From a virus (Duplodnaviria; Caudoviricetes): a stretch of DNA of 52,514 nucleotides. A program made the position numbers and the translations under genes. Shown here in pieces: positions 9,964 to 20,071 of this stretch. The stretch spans positions 1-52,514 of the IMG/VR virus record IMGVR_UViG_3300023174_000228. The stretch is one strand, 5' to 3'. Position 1 is the stretch's first letter. Each line of letters starts with the position of its first letter. The notes under the pieces are model-generated. The model had not been told where the DNA came from and did no database searches. It saw nothing but the letters and a program-made list of their open reading frames with translations.

Positions 9964-11030
9964 AAAAAACATTTGTTACAGTGACAGGCATACGTCCGGA
10001 TTTTATCCGTATGTCGGAAATTTTTAAAAAGCTTGATGATAATTTCAATCATGTCATGGTTCATACCGGGCAGCATTTTGATACAATGCTTTCAGATGTT
10101 TTTTTTAATAATCTTTCTATTAGAAATCCAGATCATAATCTTCATGTTGGTGGAGAAGGTAAAGAACATTTTCACCAAACTGCAGAAGCTTCAGTAAAAC
10201 TTATTGAACTTTTGCGAACCTTAAAAAATGTTGATGGTGTTATCTTTTTAGGAGATTCCAATTCAGTTGCATCTTCAGTCGCAGTAAAAAAAGAAGGATA
10301 TTGTGTAATTCATATTGAAGCGGGAATGAGATCTGGAGACCGAAGAATGCTAGAGGAAATCAATCGGGTTGTTTGTGATAGTGTGTCTGATATTCTTTTC
10401 GTTTATCATGAAAACTATAAGCAAAAATTGTTAAAAGAAAATATTGATGCCCAAAACATTCATGTAGTGGGAAATACTATCGTTGAAGTTGTAAAACAAA
10501 AGAAGTTTGGACAAAGAACATATGAACATGTTTTGGTTGATATTCATCGTCCAGAAAATTTCTTATATAAAAACCGAATGCAGATTTTGTTGGACTATAT
10601 AAAACATTTCAAGAAGAATTATGGTTATACATTCTTATTTTTAAACTTTCCTAGAACAGTAAAAAAACTTGAAGAATATGGATTATATGAAGAATATAAA
10701 AAGAATTGCATATGCATACCTCTTCAAAGTTTTGACGAATATCTGAAATTATGCAATCGTTCTATTTTTATCATAAGCGATTCAGGAACAGCCCAAGAAG
10801 AACCTGCATTATTAAATGTTCCAGTGATTGTTCCTAGGGATTATACTGAACGACCCGAAAGCATACAAAATCATTGTTCGATTATGTTAAAAATAAATGA
10901 TCATGTTTGTCGTTATGAAATAGATAATATAAATAATTTTGTTAAAAAATTTGAAGAAAATAAAAATATTGACTGGTTGGGAAATGGAACTACATCTGAA
11001 AAAATAATCGAGGTATTAAAAAATATATGA
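9960..11030 (+). CDS. wecB: UDP-N-acetylglucosamine 2-epimerase
   Basis: GIRPDF, HTGQH, GDSNS, HIEAGMRS, EEINR, SDSGTAQEE, TERPE. Confidence 0.93.
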   Translation: MKKTFVTVTGIRPDFIRMSEIFKKLDDNFNHVMVHTGQHFDTMLSDVFFNNLSIRNPDHNLHVGGEGKEHFHQTAEASVKLIELLRTLKNVDGVIFLGDSNSVASSVAVKKEGYCVIHIEAGMRSGDRRMLEEINRVVCDSVSDILFVYHENYKQKLLKENIDAQNIHVVGNTIVEVVKQKKFGQRTYEHVLVDIHRPENFLYKNRMQILLDYIKHFKKNYGYTFLFLNFPRTVKKLEEYGLYEEYKKNCICIPLQSFDEYLKLCNRSIFIISDSGTAQEEPALLNVPVIVPRDYTERPESIQNHCSIMLKINDHVCRYEIDNINNFVKKFEENKNIDWLGNGTTSEKIIEVLKNI

Positions 11031-11878
11031 ATATGGACTGTGTTGTAATAGGTACAAATCTTAAAAATAGATTTGAAAACTTAAAAAAATGTACAGAATT
11101 TTTAGACAAATACAATTTTACTATAAAAAATCTAACAATAGATGATTTTGTGGAAAATATCGAAAAAGATTTTTCTTCATTTGAAAAATATGGATGGAAT
11201 GTTTTTGTTCACGAAAGAAAAGGAATTTTTGGAAACTTGGTTGAAGGATCTAAAAATTTTATTTCTGATTGGGTTTTTTATTGCGAGGATGATGTATCTG
11301 TGGAACGAATTCCTACAAATGAAGAAATAGAACAAATACAAAAATTGAAAAGTGATGGACGTGAAATCGGAGCAATTTTATTAATGTTTTCTGGAATGGA
11401 ACAGGGAAGAAATATAGATGAATTAAATGATTATCTTAAATCTGAAAAATCTTATAAAGAATTGTCCTCCGAAACAAAGATTTTTTTACGGCAAGAAAAA
11501 TTTAAAAATGATTTTTTTATAAATTTTCCAGTAATTATTTTTAAACGTGAAGTTTTGCAACAATTAATTGAATATATAAAAAATAATAAACAAGGAGTTC
11601 AAGTTGAACAAGCATTTTCACAGGCATGGTTTGAAACTGAAATATATAAAAAATATTTTACAGTTTCATACATAAAAAATTTTAAAAAATTGGAACTTAA
11701 GAATGTTGAGGATGCCAGTTTTTTGTCTGCGAAAGACATTGAATATTTCGGATCTAAACTAAATAATTTTTTACAAAATCGTGTAATCACAAAAGAAATA
11801 AATGAAAGTCATATTTTTGTAAAAACACTTGAAAATGGTTGGAATGATAATTCAATAATCGGAGGAAAAGGTTGCTAA
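11027..11878 (+). CDS. Putative GT-A fold glycosyltransferase
   Basis: VFYCEDD motif; position within the glycan cluster. Confidence 0.55.
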   Translation: MNMDCVVIGTNLKNRFENLKKCTEFLDKYNFTIKNLTIDDFVENIEKDFSSFEKYGWNVFVHERKGIFGNLVEGSKNFISDWVFYCEDDVSVERIPTNEEIEQIQKLKSDGREIGAILLMFSGMEQGRNIDELNDYLKSEKSYKELSSETKIFLRQEKFKNDFFINFPVIIFKREVLQQLIEYIKNNKQGVQVEQAFSQAWFETEIYKKYFTVSYIKNFKKLELKNVEDASFLSAKDIEYFGSKLNNFLQNRVITKEINESHIFVKTLENGWNDNSIIGGKGC

Positions 11879-11879
11879 T

Positions 11880-12659
11880 ATGAAAATTATAGGTTTTGCT
11901 CAACTCAGAAATGAAGCTTCTCGGGGTAATCTGGAAAATTGGTTCCGATGCATGGAACCTTGTGATCATATTTATATATGGGATCAGGCAAGCACGGATA
12001 ATAGCCGAGAAATATATGAAAAATATAAGCATAAAACAACAGTTCTTTACAGCCCAGTAAACAGATTTAATGAAGAACTTATATGCAAAGCTGAATTATA
12101 TAAACTTTTATTAAAAGAACATCCAGATGTTGATTGGGTATTATGGCTTGATGGTGATCTTTTACTTGATGGAAGACTTTTAGTTGATGATAATTTAAGA
12201 AAGCTTTGCAAAAAGTTGGATGATAAGGGTATTGATTTGCCTTGTTTTGGTCATTATAACCTTTGGAGAAGCGATGTTTGGTATAGGGTAGATCAAGGTT
12301 ATCACAATCTGCATTTACATTGGTTTCCTCTTTGGGGAAAGCCAACCCGCCTATGGTTTGAAGAAATAAAAGGATTGCACCATGGTCAAGTGCCCCAAGG
12401 AACAGTCAGAGGATGTCCTGTTGATGTGAGTGTGATTCATTTGGGATTCAGTAAAGATAGGTATATTGTTGACAAATATTTAAACTATAAATCTCTTGGT
12501 CAAAAAGGATGGGATTTGGATCGTTTGATTGACGAAGAAACACTTACTGTAGAAAAATTGCCAGAAAAAATTATTCCCGATTGGTTTAAAGTAAACGAAG
12601 AGCAAAATCCTATAAACAAAAAAAAGCTGATTGAACTTTATTCCGGAGAAATATCATGA
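11880..12659 (+). CDS. Glycosyltransferase family 2-like
   Basis: RNE, WDQASTDNS, WLDGD, VIHLG. Confidence 0.8.
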   Translation: MKIIGFAQLRNEASRGNLENWFRCMEPCDHIYIWDQASTDNSREIYEKYKHKTTVLYSPVNRFNEELICKAELYKLLLKEHPDVDWVLWLDGDLLLDGRLLVDDNLRKLCKKLDDKGIDLPCFGHYNLWRSDVWYRVDQGYHNLHLHWFPLWGKPTRLWFEEIKGLHHGQVPQGTVRGCPVDVSVIHLGFSKDRYIVDKYLNYKSLGQKGWDLDRLIDEETLTVEKLPEKIIPDWFKVNEEQNPINKKKLIELYSGEIS

Positions 12660-13408
12660 TACCCAGGAATGTTGAAATCATCACTATGATTTATAAAAGT
12701 ATCGATTTTTTGGATTTTATAGTTGATCAATTTTCTTCAGATGTTTGTAAATCAGAAAATATAAAAATAGGGTTTCGAATAATTTGTAATGATGCTTCAT
12801 ATAAAGTTTTGGAACATATAAAAACAAAACCTATAAAATATTCAATTTATAATGATCAAAACCCAAACGATTATTATTTGAATCGGACATATCGTGCATG
12901 GAATTATGGGGGTATGACAAGTGAATTTGACAATATTATTTTTGTTAACAGCGATATGGCTTTTAGTGAAGGATGGATTGATGGTTTGTTTCAGCATCAT
13001 AATGGAAAAAACATTCCATGCAGCAGGCTTGTTGAAAGTGGACGTTTGGAAGTTGGAGCAGGAATACCAAATAGAGGTTGGGCTCGGGAATATAATTTTG
13101 GTACCCATCCAAAAAATTTTAACAATAAAGCTTGGTTGGAAAGTGCAAAAATATCCAGATTAGATAAAATAGGATCTCTAGGTCTTTATATGCCTTGTTT
13201 ATTTGAAACTAAAACATTCAGGGAATCGGGTGGTTATCCAGAAGGAAACCTTTATACAACAGGAATAGGTAAATTTGGAGATCCTTTTTTAAAATCTGGA
13301 GATGATTATTATTTTCATGATATTCTGGAAAAAAAATATGACATGAAACATATAACTTGTTTTAATTCTTTGGCATATCATATCCAGGAGGGAGAAAAGA
13401 GTGAGTAA
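12656..13408 (+). CDS. Putative glycosyltransferase (GT2-like)
   Basis: RAWNYG, FVNSDMAF, GGYPEGN, YHIQEGE. Confidence 0.7.
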   Translation: MIPRNVEIITMIYKSIDFLDFIVDQFSSDVCKSENIKIGFRIICNDASYKVLEHIKTKPIKYSIYNDQNPNDYYLNRTYRAWNYGGMTSEFDNIIFVNSDMAFSEGWIDGLFQHHNGKNIPCSRLVESGRLEVGAGIPNRGWAREYNFGTHPKNFNNKAWLESAKISRLDKIGSLGLYMPCLFETKTFRESGGYPEGNLYTTGIGKFGDPFLKSGDDYYFHDILEKKYDMKHITCFNSLAYHIQEGEKSE

Positions 13409-13823
13409 TATGGAAAAAATATATTCTAAAATTAACGGCCAACTTCTTCACCAAATTGTAAGATACAATGATATTGTATCAACTCGTACTGATTTAAGTT
13501 CTGAAGAAACATATTTGCAATGTGCTGCATTAAAATTGCCCAAAGGACAAACATTTAAACCTCATAAACATAATATTAACCCAAGACATGATGAAAATTA
13601 TATACCACAAGAAAGTTGGTGTGTTATAAAAGGAAAAGTACAATGTATTTTTTATGATATAGATGATACTATAATTGCGGAGCCGATATTATCAGCTGGA
13701 GATGCTAGTTTTACATTTGCAGGCGGGCATAATTATTTAATATTAGAAGATGATACATTTGTTTATGAATATAAAACTGGTCCGTATTATGGTCAAAAAA
13801 TTGATAAAACATTTATTTTGTGA
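13401..13823 (+). CDS. Cupin-fold metalloprotein (WbuC-like)
   Basis: PHKH...QESW...GGHNY...EYKTGPY. Confidence 0.7.
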   Translation: MSNMEKIYSKINGQLLHQIVRYNDIVSTRTDLSSEETYLQCAALKLPKGQTFKPHKHNINPRHDENYIPQESWCVIKGKVQCIFYDIDDTIIAEPILSAGDASFTFAGGHNYLILEDDTFVYEYKTGPYYGQKIDKTFIL

Positions 13824-14344
13824 AAATTGGCCAGGATGTAATTTTAGATTTGGATATTGTAATAAAACAAAAAGATAATTGTATCATATATAATCATGTT
13901 GCTATAGATAAAGGGTTTTATTGTACAACACAAATATCAATTGGTAATTATGTGCATATCAGTCCTTATGTAACTATTTTAGGAGGTAAAACTGCTAACT
14001 TTATTGCTAAAGGATTTAACAACATAATGGCAGGAGCTAGAATAATATGCGGATCTGACAGATTTGACGATAGTGGTTTGTTTGGAGCAATGATACCGCA
14101 TGAACTAAAAGGCAAGCAAATTATAGAATCTGTAATTATGGATGAATTTTCTAATATAGGAACAAATTCAATCGTACTACCAGGTTCCAGATTAAGAAAA
14201 GGTGTATTATTGGCTGCCGGAAGTTTATTATTAGGTGATACCGAAGAATGGGGTGTATATAAAGGAAATCCTGCAGTATTAACTAAAAAAATTGATGGCA
14301 CCAAAGCTATTTCTAATGCAAAAAAATTAGGTTATAATAACTAA
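13820..14344 (+). CDS. Hexapeptide-repeat (LbH) acetyltransferase
   Basis: IGNYVHISP, NIGTNSIVLPG, VYKGNPA. Confidence 0.85.
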   Translation: MKIGQDVILDLDIVIKQKDNCIIYNHVAIDKGFYCTTQISIGNYVHISPYVTILGGKTANFIAKGFNNIMAGARIICGSDRFDDSGLFGAMIPHELKGKQIIESVIMDEFSNIGTNSIVLPGSRLRKGVLLAAGSLLLGDTEEWGVYKGNPAVLTKKIDGTKAISNAKKLGYNN

Positions 14345-14345
14345 A

Positions 14346-14954
14346 ATGTTTAACACAGTAACAAAATTTGAAAATGAAATTGCGCTTTTTTTTAATGCGC
14401 CTTATGCAGTGGCTGTTGATAGTTGTACGCATGGTATTGAATTATGTTTGAGATTAAACAATATAACAAAGATTAGTGTTCCAGTACGTACATATTTGTC
14501 CATACCCATGTTAGCTAATAAATTAAAAATACAATTAGATTGGAGAGATGAACAATGGGATAATTTTTATAGTTTAAATTATGATGATAAAAAAATAATT
14601 GATGCTGCAGTATTATGGGAAAAAAATAGCTATATCCCAAATACTTATATGTGTGTAAGTTTTCAATTCCAAAAACATCTGAGTTTAGGTCGTGGAGGAA
14701 TGATATTATTAGATAATAAAGAAGACGGAATTATACTTAAAAAAATGAGCTATGATGGCCGTCTTCCTGATATACCTTGGAGAGAACAAAATATTGATAT
14801 ATTGGGATACCATTACTATATGACACCAGAAACAGCGCAGTTAGGACTCAATAAGTTAACACAAGCGATTGAAACAAAACCAAGAAAATGGAAATACCAA
14901 GATTGGCCAGATCTAACAAAAATGTCAGTGTTTTCTGGTCATAGGACATTTTAA
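14346..14954 (+). CDS. DegT/DnrJ/EryC1/StrS PLP aminotransferase, short form
   Basis: AVAVDSCT, DAA, SFQFQKHL..GRGGM (PLP lysine); only 202 aa. Confidence 0.8.
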   Translation: MFNTVTKFENEIALFFNAPYAVAVDSCTHGIELCLRLNNITKISVPVRTYLSIPMLANKLKIQLDWRDEQWDNFYSLNYDDKKIIDAAVLWEKNSYIPNTYMCVSFQFQKHLSLGRGGMILLDNKEDGIILKKMSYDGRLPDIPWREQNIDILGYHYYMTPETAQLGLNKLTQAIETKPRKWKYQDWPDLTKMSVFSGHRTF

Positions 14955-14959
14955 AAAGT

Positions 14960-14981
14960 AATAACTATTGCAATAGTTATT
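14960..14981. repeat. Perfect 22-bp palindrome upstream of gmd
   Basis: aataactattgcaatagttatt equals its own reverse complement. Confidence 0.85.
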
Positions 14982-15005
14982 GCGATCATAAATACGACTA
15001 TAAAC

Positions 15006-15977
15006 ATGAAAAAAGCATTTATTACAGGTATAAATGGACAAGATGGAAGCTATTTGACCGAACATCTGATTTCGTTAGGATATGAAATATATGGAATTGT
15101 GCGCAGAAATTCTATGCCTGAACATCAACAAACAAGATTGGATTCAGTAAGAGATAAAATACATGTGCATTATGGTGATTTGTTGGATCAAGGAGTAATG
15201 GAAAGGTTGTTGCGGGAAATACAACCAGATGAAATTTATAACCTAGCCGCCCAATCTCATGTCAGAATAAGTTTTGATATTCCACAATTTACAGTACAAA
15301 CAAATGCATTAGGTGTTATTAATATATTGGAAGCATATAAACATGCATGCCCAAATGCTAAATTGTATCAAGCAAGTAGTTCAGAAATGTTTGGTTTATC
15401 CGTAGAAGAAGATGGTTCTCAAAAGGAAACAACAGTTATGAACCCTGTTAGTCCTTATGGTTGTTCAAAGGTATTTGGATACAATATAGTTCGTAATTAT
15501 AGAAGAGCATATAAATTATTTGCGAGTAATGGTATTTTATTTAATCACGAATCACCAAGACGTGGCAGTAACTTTGTAACAAACAAAGTGGTTAAAACAG
15601 CAATAGAAATTAAATTAGGTATGAAAGACAAATTAGTGATGGGTAATTTGGACTCTAAAAGGGATTGGGGTCATTCAAAAGATTATGTACGGGCAATGCA
15701 TTTAATATTGCAACATAATAAACCTGATGATTGGGTAGTGGCAACAGGCGAAACACGTTCTGTTAGAGATATGTGTAACTATGTTTTTGATAAATTACAA
15801 TTAAATTACAAAGATTATATTGTGCAAGATCCGAAATTTTTAAGACCTGAAGAATTGCCCTACCTAAGAGGTGATTGTACAAAAATTACAACCGAATTAG
15901 GGTGGAAACCTGATTATACGTTTGAGCAATTAATGGATGAGATGATTGAATATTGGCTAAATTTTTATAAAAAATGA
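15006..15977 (+). CDS. gmd: GDP-mannose 4,6-dehydratase
   Basis: ITGINGQDGSYL, YNLAAQSHV, SPYGCSK, FNHESPRRG, RDWGH. Confidence 0.96.
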   Translation: MKKAFITGINGQDGSYLTEHLISLGYEIYGIVRRNSMPEHQQTRLDSVRDKIHVHYGDLLDQGVMERLLREIQPDEIYNLAAQSHVRISFDIPQFTVQTNALGVINILEAYKHACPNAKLYQASSSEMFGLSVEEDGSQKETTVMNPVSPYGCSKVFGYNIVRNYRRAYKLFASNGILFNHESPRRGSNFVTNKVVKTAIEIKLGMKDKLVMGNLDSKRDWGHSKDYVRAMHLILQHNKPDDWVVATGETRSVRDMCNYVFDKLQLNYKDYIVQDPKFLRPEELPYLRGDCTKITTELGWKPDYTFEQLMDEMIEYWLNFYKK

Positions 15978-15983
15978 TATATC

Positions 15984-16937
15984 ATGAATAACATTATAGA
16001 TAAATCCAAATGGGGACAATTTAAGAATGGGTGGCTGGTAAATGATTGTTTGACATGCATACCTAATACAAGAACGTTTTGGCATGATTTATTAGATTGG
16101 TTTCCTAATCTTAAAGACAAATGTAATGGATATACAGATTATTCAATACTTCCAAATGTAATAGAATCTACTAAACCTTATCCTGATTATATTATTAGAA
16201 ATGGTTCTTATTTTCGTAAACTTAATATTGATGTTCCTACATTCAGTTTAATTCAAGATACGATGAATGAACCTATGCAAACAGAAGTTATAAACGCATC
16301 CACATGTGTAGTTTTTGCTTCAAAACAAACATACAATATTTATAAAGATAGAATTAATCCAAAAAACGTAAGAGTAATTGAACAATCATCTGATTTTAAT
16401 TTTTTTAAACCTATCCCTGAAAGACATCCTGATGTTTTACCTAATTCAATTATTTTTATAGGTGATTCTTCATATCATAAAAAAGGATTTCATCGAGTTT
16501 TGAATCTAATAGAAGCGATGACCGATTTTAATTTTTGTTTAGTAATGAAGGATAATACTAATTTGGATGTCATACCATCTCACAGTAGAAATCGTGTACG
16601 TATATTCAACAGAGTTAATACCGAAACAGTCAGACTTTTAATTAATTCATCTGTATGTGCTATTTGTACTTCCGGAAATGAAGAGGGTCATTTTGCCGGG
16701 ATAGAAATAGGCGCATGTGATATTCCAATGGTATCAAGACCTATGGGATGTTATCTGGACAGAAAAGACGATAAAACCTGGGGATTAATAGCAAATGATG
16801 AAGATTTTCCAAACACAATAAGATATGTTGTAAAAAATCTTAATTTATTTTCTCCTAGACAATATTACTCAAAGGAATATACTCTTGAACGGTGCCGTGA
16901 AAAATGGACAACTGTATTAAATGAATTTGTGAAATAA
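15984..16937 (+). CDS. Putative GT-B (GT4-like) glycosyltransferase
   Basis: HKKGF...EEGHFAGIEIGACDIP (E-x7-E). Confidence 0.7.
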   Translation: MNNIIDKSKWGQFKNGWLVNDCLTCIPNTRTFWHDLLDWFPNLKDKCNGYTDYSILPNVIESTKPYPDYIIRNGSYFRKLNIDVPTFSLIQDTMNEPMQTEVINASTCVVFASKQTYNIYKDRINPKNVRVIEQSSDFNFFKPIPERHPDVLPNSIIFIGDSSYHKKGFHRVLNLIEAMTDFNFCLVMKDNTNLDVIPSHSRNRVRIFNRVNTETVRLLINSSVCAICTSGNEEGHFAGIEIGACDIPMVSRPMGCYLDRKDDKTWGLIANDEDFPNTIRYVVKNLNLFSPRQYYSKEYTLERCREKWTTVLNEFVK

Positions 16938-16946
16938 TTTTTTTAT

Positions 16947-17774
16947 ATGAAATTTACAGTTCAAATAGAATCTGGTTTATGTAACTTTCTTAAGTCTTTT
17001 ATTACTGCTTTAAGCATAGCAGAAACCAATATACTACCTAGAGTTAATCATTGGTTTGATGCAGATTGTCGAGAAATTTTTGATGATTCTTTAATTTGTC
17101 ATGGTCCACATGAATTTGGTGAATCATTTATTTCAGCTAGATTTCTTATTTTAAAATCAGAAGAATCAGAACAGCCCGATTTAATAAATGATGCTAAAGT
17201 TTTGGGAAGAAAACCTGATATTACAAATGAAAATATTGCTCATTTATTTTCAGAAAATCTTACTATTGATTGGTTTTACGATAGAAGTCTTATATGTGAT
17301 AAAGTATATAAAAGGATTCAAAATGGAATTGAAAAAATTAAATGGAAAAATGAGGTTTTATCCGAGGTAGATAGAGTTTCTAAGCAATTTGAATATCCAT
17401 TATTAACAATACAAATAAGAACATGGACACACAAGTTTGATCCTCCTAACTGCACTCAAATTCGTGATGGCGTTATAAGAGATTATAATTTTGAAACATA
17501 TAAAAATGCAATTGATAAATTTTTACCAAAAGCAAAAACAATTTTTCTTACTTCAGATAAAGACGGCGTTTTACCAGAATATTTTGATTATTTGAAAGAT
17601 TACAATGTAATAACATATATTAAACCAAATCATATCACGCAAATGCAATATTCTGCAGCAACAATGTTATTGGGTGCAAAAAGTGATATGTTAGTTTGTA
17701 GTCGACTCAGTACATTTGCTGAGTGTATGTGGTGGTTTGGTGGGTGTAAAGCCGATACAATACCTGTTTTTTAA
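16947..17774 (+). CDS. Fucosyltransferase-like protein (NodZ/O-FucT-like motifs)
   Basis: SGLCN, IQIRT, IFLTSD, STFAECMWWFG. Confidence 0.65.
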   Translation: MKFTVQIESGLCNFLKSFITALSIAETNILPRVNHWFDADCREIFDDSLICHGPHEFGESFISARFLILKSEESEQPDLINDAKVLGRKPDITNENIAHLFSENLTIDWFYDRSLICDKVYKRIQNGIEKIKWKNEVLSEVDRVSKQFEYPLLTIQIRTWTHKFDPPNCTQIRDGVIRDYNFETYKNAIDKFLPKAKTIFLTSDKDGVLPEYFDYLKDYNVITYIKPNHITQMQYSAATMLLGAKSDMLVCSRLSTFAECMWWFGGCKADTIPVF

Positions 17775-17827
17775 AAAAATTATCGTAAAATTTGACAATT
17801 TTTTACTAATTGATATATAAGGTTAAT

Positions 17828-18793
17828 ATGGATAAAATACTAATTATTGGTGGATCAGGATATATTGGAGGTTATTTGACTGATCTTATAACGAAGTCAC
17901 CAACAACAAAAAATTATAATCTGTTAAAGCCTGCAGTTTTAGACAATTTGATTTATGAAGATCGTTTCTTAAAACAAGTGGATTTTTATAATATTGATGT
18001 TCGAGATGTAAAGGAATTGGATAAGGTAATTCATAATTATAAAGTTGTTGTTATGCTTGCAGCATTGGTTGGAGATCCTGCATGTGCTGTAGACAAACAA
18101 TTATCTTATGATATTAACGTTACTCCTGTTAAATGGATAACAGACAATTATAAGGGGAAAATAATTTTCACTTCAACATGTTCAGTTTATGGAAAAAATG
18201 ACGATCTTATTGATGAAAATGCAACACCAAATCCTCTTTCCATTTATGCTGAAACAAAACTTGAAGCAGAACAGTATCTTTTCTCAAAGAGACCTGATAG
18301 CTTAATTTTCAGATTAGGTACACTTTATGGGTTGGGAGATAGTCATAGTCGGCTACGTTTGGATCTGGTCGTAAATGTATTAACACTCAAGGCATCTTTG
18401 GGTGAGACATTAAAGGTATTTGGTGGAGAACAATGGCGACCTCTTTTGCATGTAAAGGATGTGGCAAATGCAACATTGTTTGGAATTTCAAATAATATTT
18501 CAGGAATCTATAATCTTTCTGAAAGAAATGCAACAATGCGTGACATCGCTGAAACCATAAAAGAAGAAATTCCATCTGCAAAGATTGAATATAGCGAAAT
18601 ACCATTTGAAGATCTTAGGAATTATAAGGTCAAAAATGAAAAGATCATGAAAACAGGATGGAACCCTCAATATTCATTGGTTTCTGGGATAAAAGAAATG
18701 AACGATGTTTTTAAACAAAAACGTGTTAAACAAGTAATGGATGATGTTTATCACAACGGAAATTATATAAGGAGACTTTATGGAAAAAAATGA
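17828..18793 (+). CDS. NAD-dependent nucleotide-sugar epimerase/dehydratase (extended SDR)
   Basis: GGSGYIG, TSTCSVYG, YAETK, GGEQWRP. Confidence 0.9.
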   Translation: MDKILIIGGSGYIGGYLTDLITKSPTTKNYNLLKPAVLDNLIYEDRFLKQVDFYNIDVRDVKELDKVIHNYKVVVMLAALVGDPACAVDKQLSYDINVTPVKWITDNYKGKIIFTSTCSVYGKNDDLIDENATPNPLSIYAETKLEAEQYLFSKRPDSLIFRLGTLYGLGDSHSRLRLDLVVNVLTLKASLGETLKVFGGEQWRPLLHVKDVANATLFGISNNISGIYNLSERNATMRDIAETIKEEIPSAKIEYSEIPFEDLRNYKVKNEKIMKTGWNPQYSLVSGIKEMNDVFKQKRVKQVMDDVYHNGNYIRRLYGKK

Positions 18794-19244
18794 AATTAAA
18801 ACATTAAATGGTGGATTGGCAACAGATGATCGTGGAACAGTTCGTTTTGTAAATGATTTCAATTTTGAAGGAGTTAAAAGATTTTATCAGGTACAAAACC
18901 ACCGAGAAGGATTCATCCGGGCTTGGCATGCTCACCAGAAAGAAGCCAAATATGTTTATGTTGCAAAAGGAACAGCTTTGATTGGTGCGGTTCCTTTTGA
19001 TGTAATGATGAATCTAAAAAATAAAAATGGTGAATTGGACAATTCAAAAATTTTTAAAACTGTTTTGTCTGCAAACAATCCTAAAATAGTGTATATTCCA
19101 TCTGGTTATGCAAATGGATTTAAATCTTTAGAGAAGGATACTATAATTCAATTCTTTAGCACAAGCACACTTCAAGAATCATTGGGAGATGATTTTCGAT
19201 TTGACTATGATCTTGTGGATATTTGGAAGGAGGACTACCGATGA
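18780..19244 (+). CDS. rmlC: dTDP-4-dehydrorhamnose 3,5-epimerase family cupin
   Basis: DDRG, IRAWHAH, YIPSGYANGF; next to an rmlD-like gene. Confidence 0.7.
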   Translation: MEKNEIKTLNGGLATDDRGTVRFVNDFNFEGVKRFYQVQNHREGFIRAWHAHQKEAKYVYVAKGTALIGAVPFDVMMNLKNKNGELDNSKIFKTVLSANNPKIVYIPSGYANGFKSLEKDTIIQFFSTSTLQESLGDDFRFDYDLVDIWKEDYR

Positions 19245-20071
19245 AAATAATTGTATTGGGTAAGAATGGAATGCTTGGAAGATATATTTTCAAATATCTT
19301 GGAAAGAATTTTGTTGTAAAAGGAATTACACGTGAGGATTTGGACGTTTCAGATACTGATAATTTAAAAAATAATTTTAATAAATTATATGATGTGGGTG
19401 TAAATGATCTTGTTGTTAACTGTGTAGGAACTATCAAACCCAGATGTGATGAACTGGGAGAAATCAATGCAATTAAAGTAAATTCTATTGTTCCCAGGAT
19501 TTTGGCAGATCTTTCTAAAGAAAAGGGTTTCAAACTTTTACACCCGACAACTGACTGCATTTATTCTGGAAATACAGGTGCATATAAAGAAATCAGTGAA
19601 ATGGATGTAAGTGATGTATATGGTGTAACCAAGTATTTGGGTGAAACAAAGCATGCCACTAATTTAAGAGTAAGCATTATTGGTGAGGAAACAGTTAATA
19701 AAAGAAGTCTTGTGGAGTGGTGTAAAACCTTAGATGGAAAAGAAGCAAAAGGATTTACAGATCATTTATGGAATGGAGTAACTTGTTTGACTTATGCAAA
19801 AATAATTGAAACCATGATAGAGAAGAACATATGGTGGACAGGAACACGTCATGCCCTTTCACCAAGATCATTGAACAAATATGAATTGGTTAAGCTCATC
19901 ACTGATGTTTATAAAATAAAGGTAGATTTGAAGGAAGCAGAATCTGGAAAGAAATGCGACCGCACACTACAAACAATTCATGGTGAAAATAATTTGTTCA
20001 ATATACCTGATCTTCAAGTACAGATTAGTGATATGCAAAAATTTAGTAAAGAATTATATTCTAATGAATGA
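19241..20071 (+). CDS. rmlD: dTDP-4-dehydrorhamnose reductase family
   Basis: GKNGMLG, TTDCIYSG, YGVTK, RVSIIG. Confidence 0.85.
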   Translation: MKIIVLGKNGMLGRYIFKYLGKNFVVKGITREDLDVSDTDNLKNNFNKLYDVGVNDLVVNCVGTIKPRCDELGEINAIKVNSIVPRILADLSKEKGFKLLHPTTDCIYSGNTGAYKEISEMDVSDVYGVTKYLGETKHATNLRVSIIGEETVNKRSLVEWCKTLDGKEAKGFTDHLWNGVTCLTYAKIIETMIEKNIWWTGTRHALSPRSLNKYELVKLITDVYKIKVDLKEAESGKKCDRTLQTIHGENNLFNIPDLQVQISDMQKFSKELYSNE

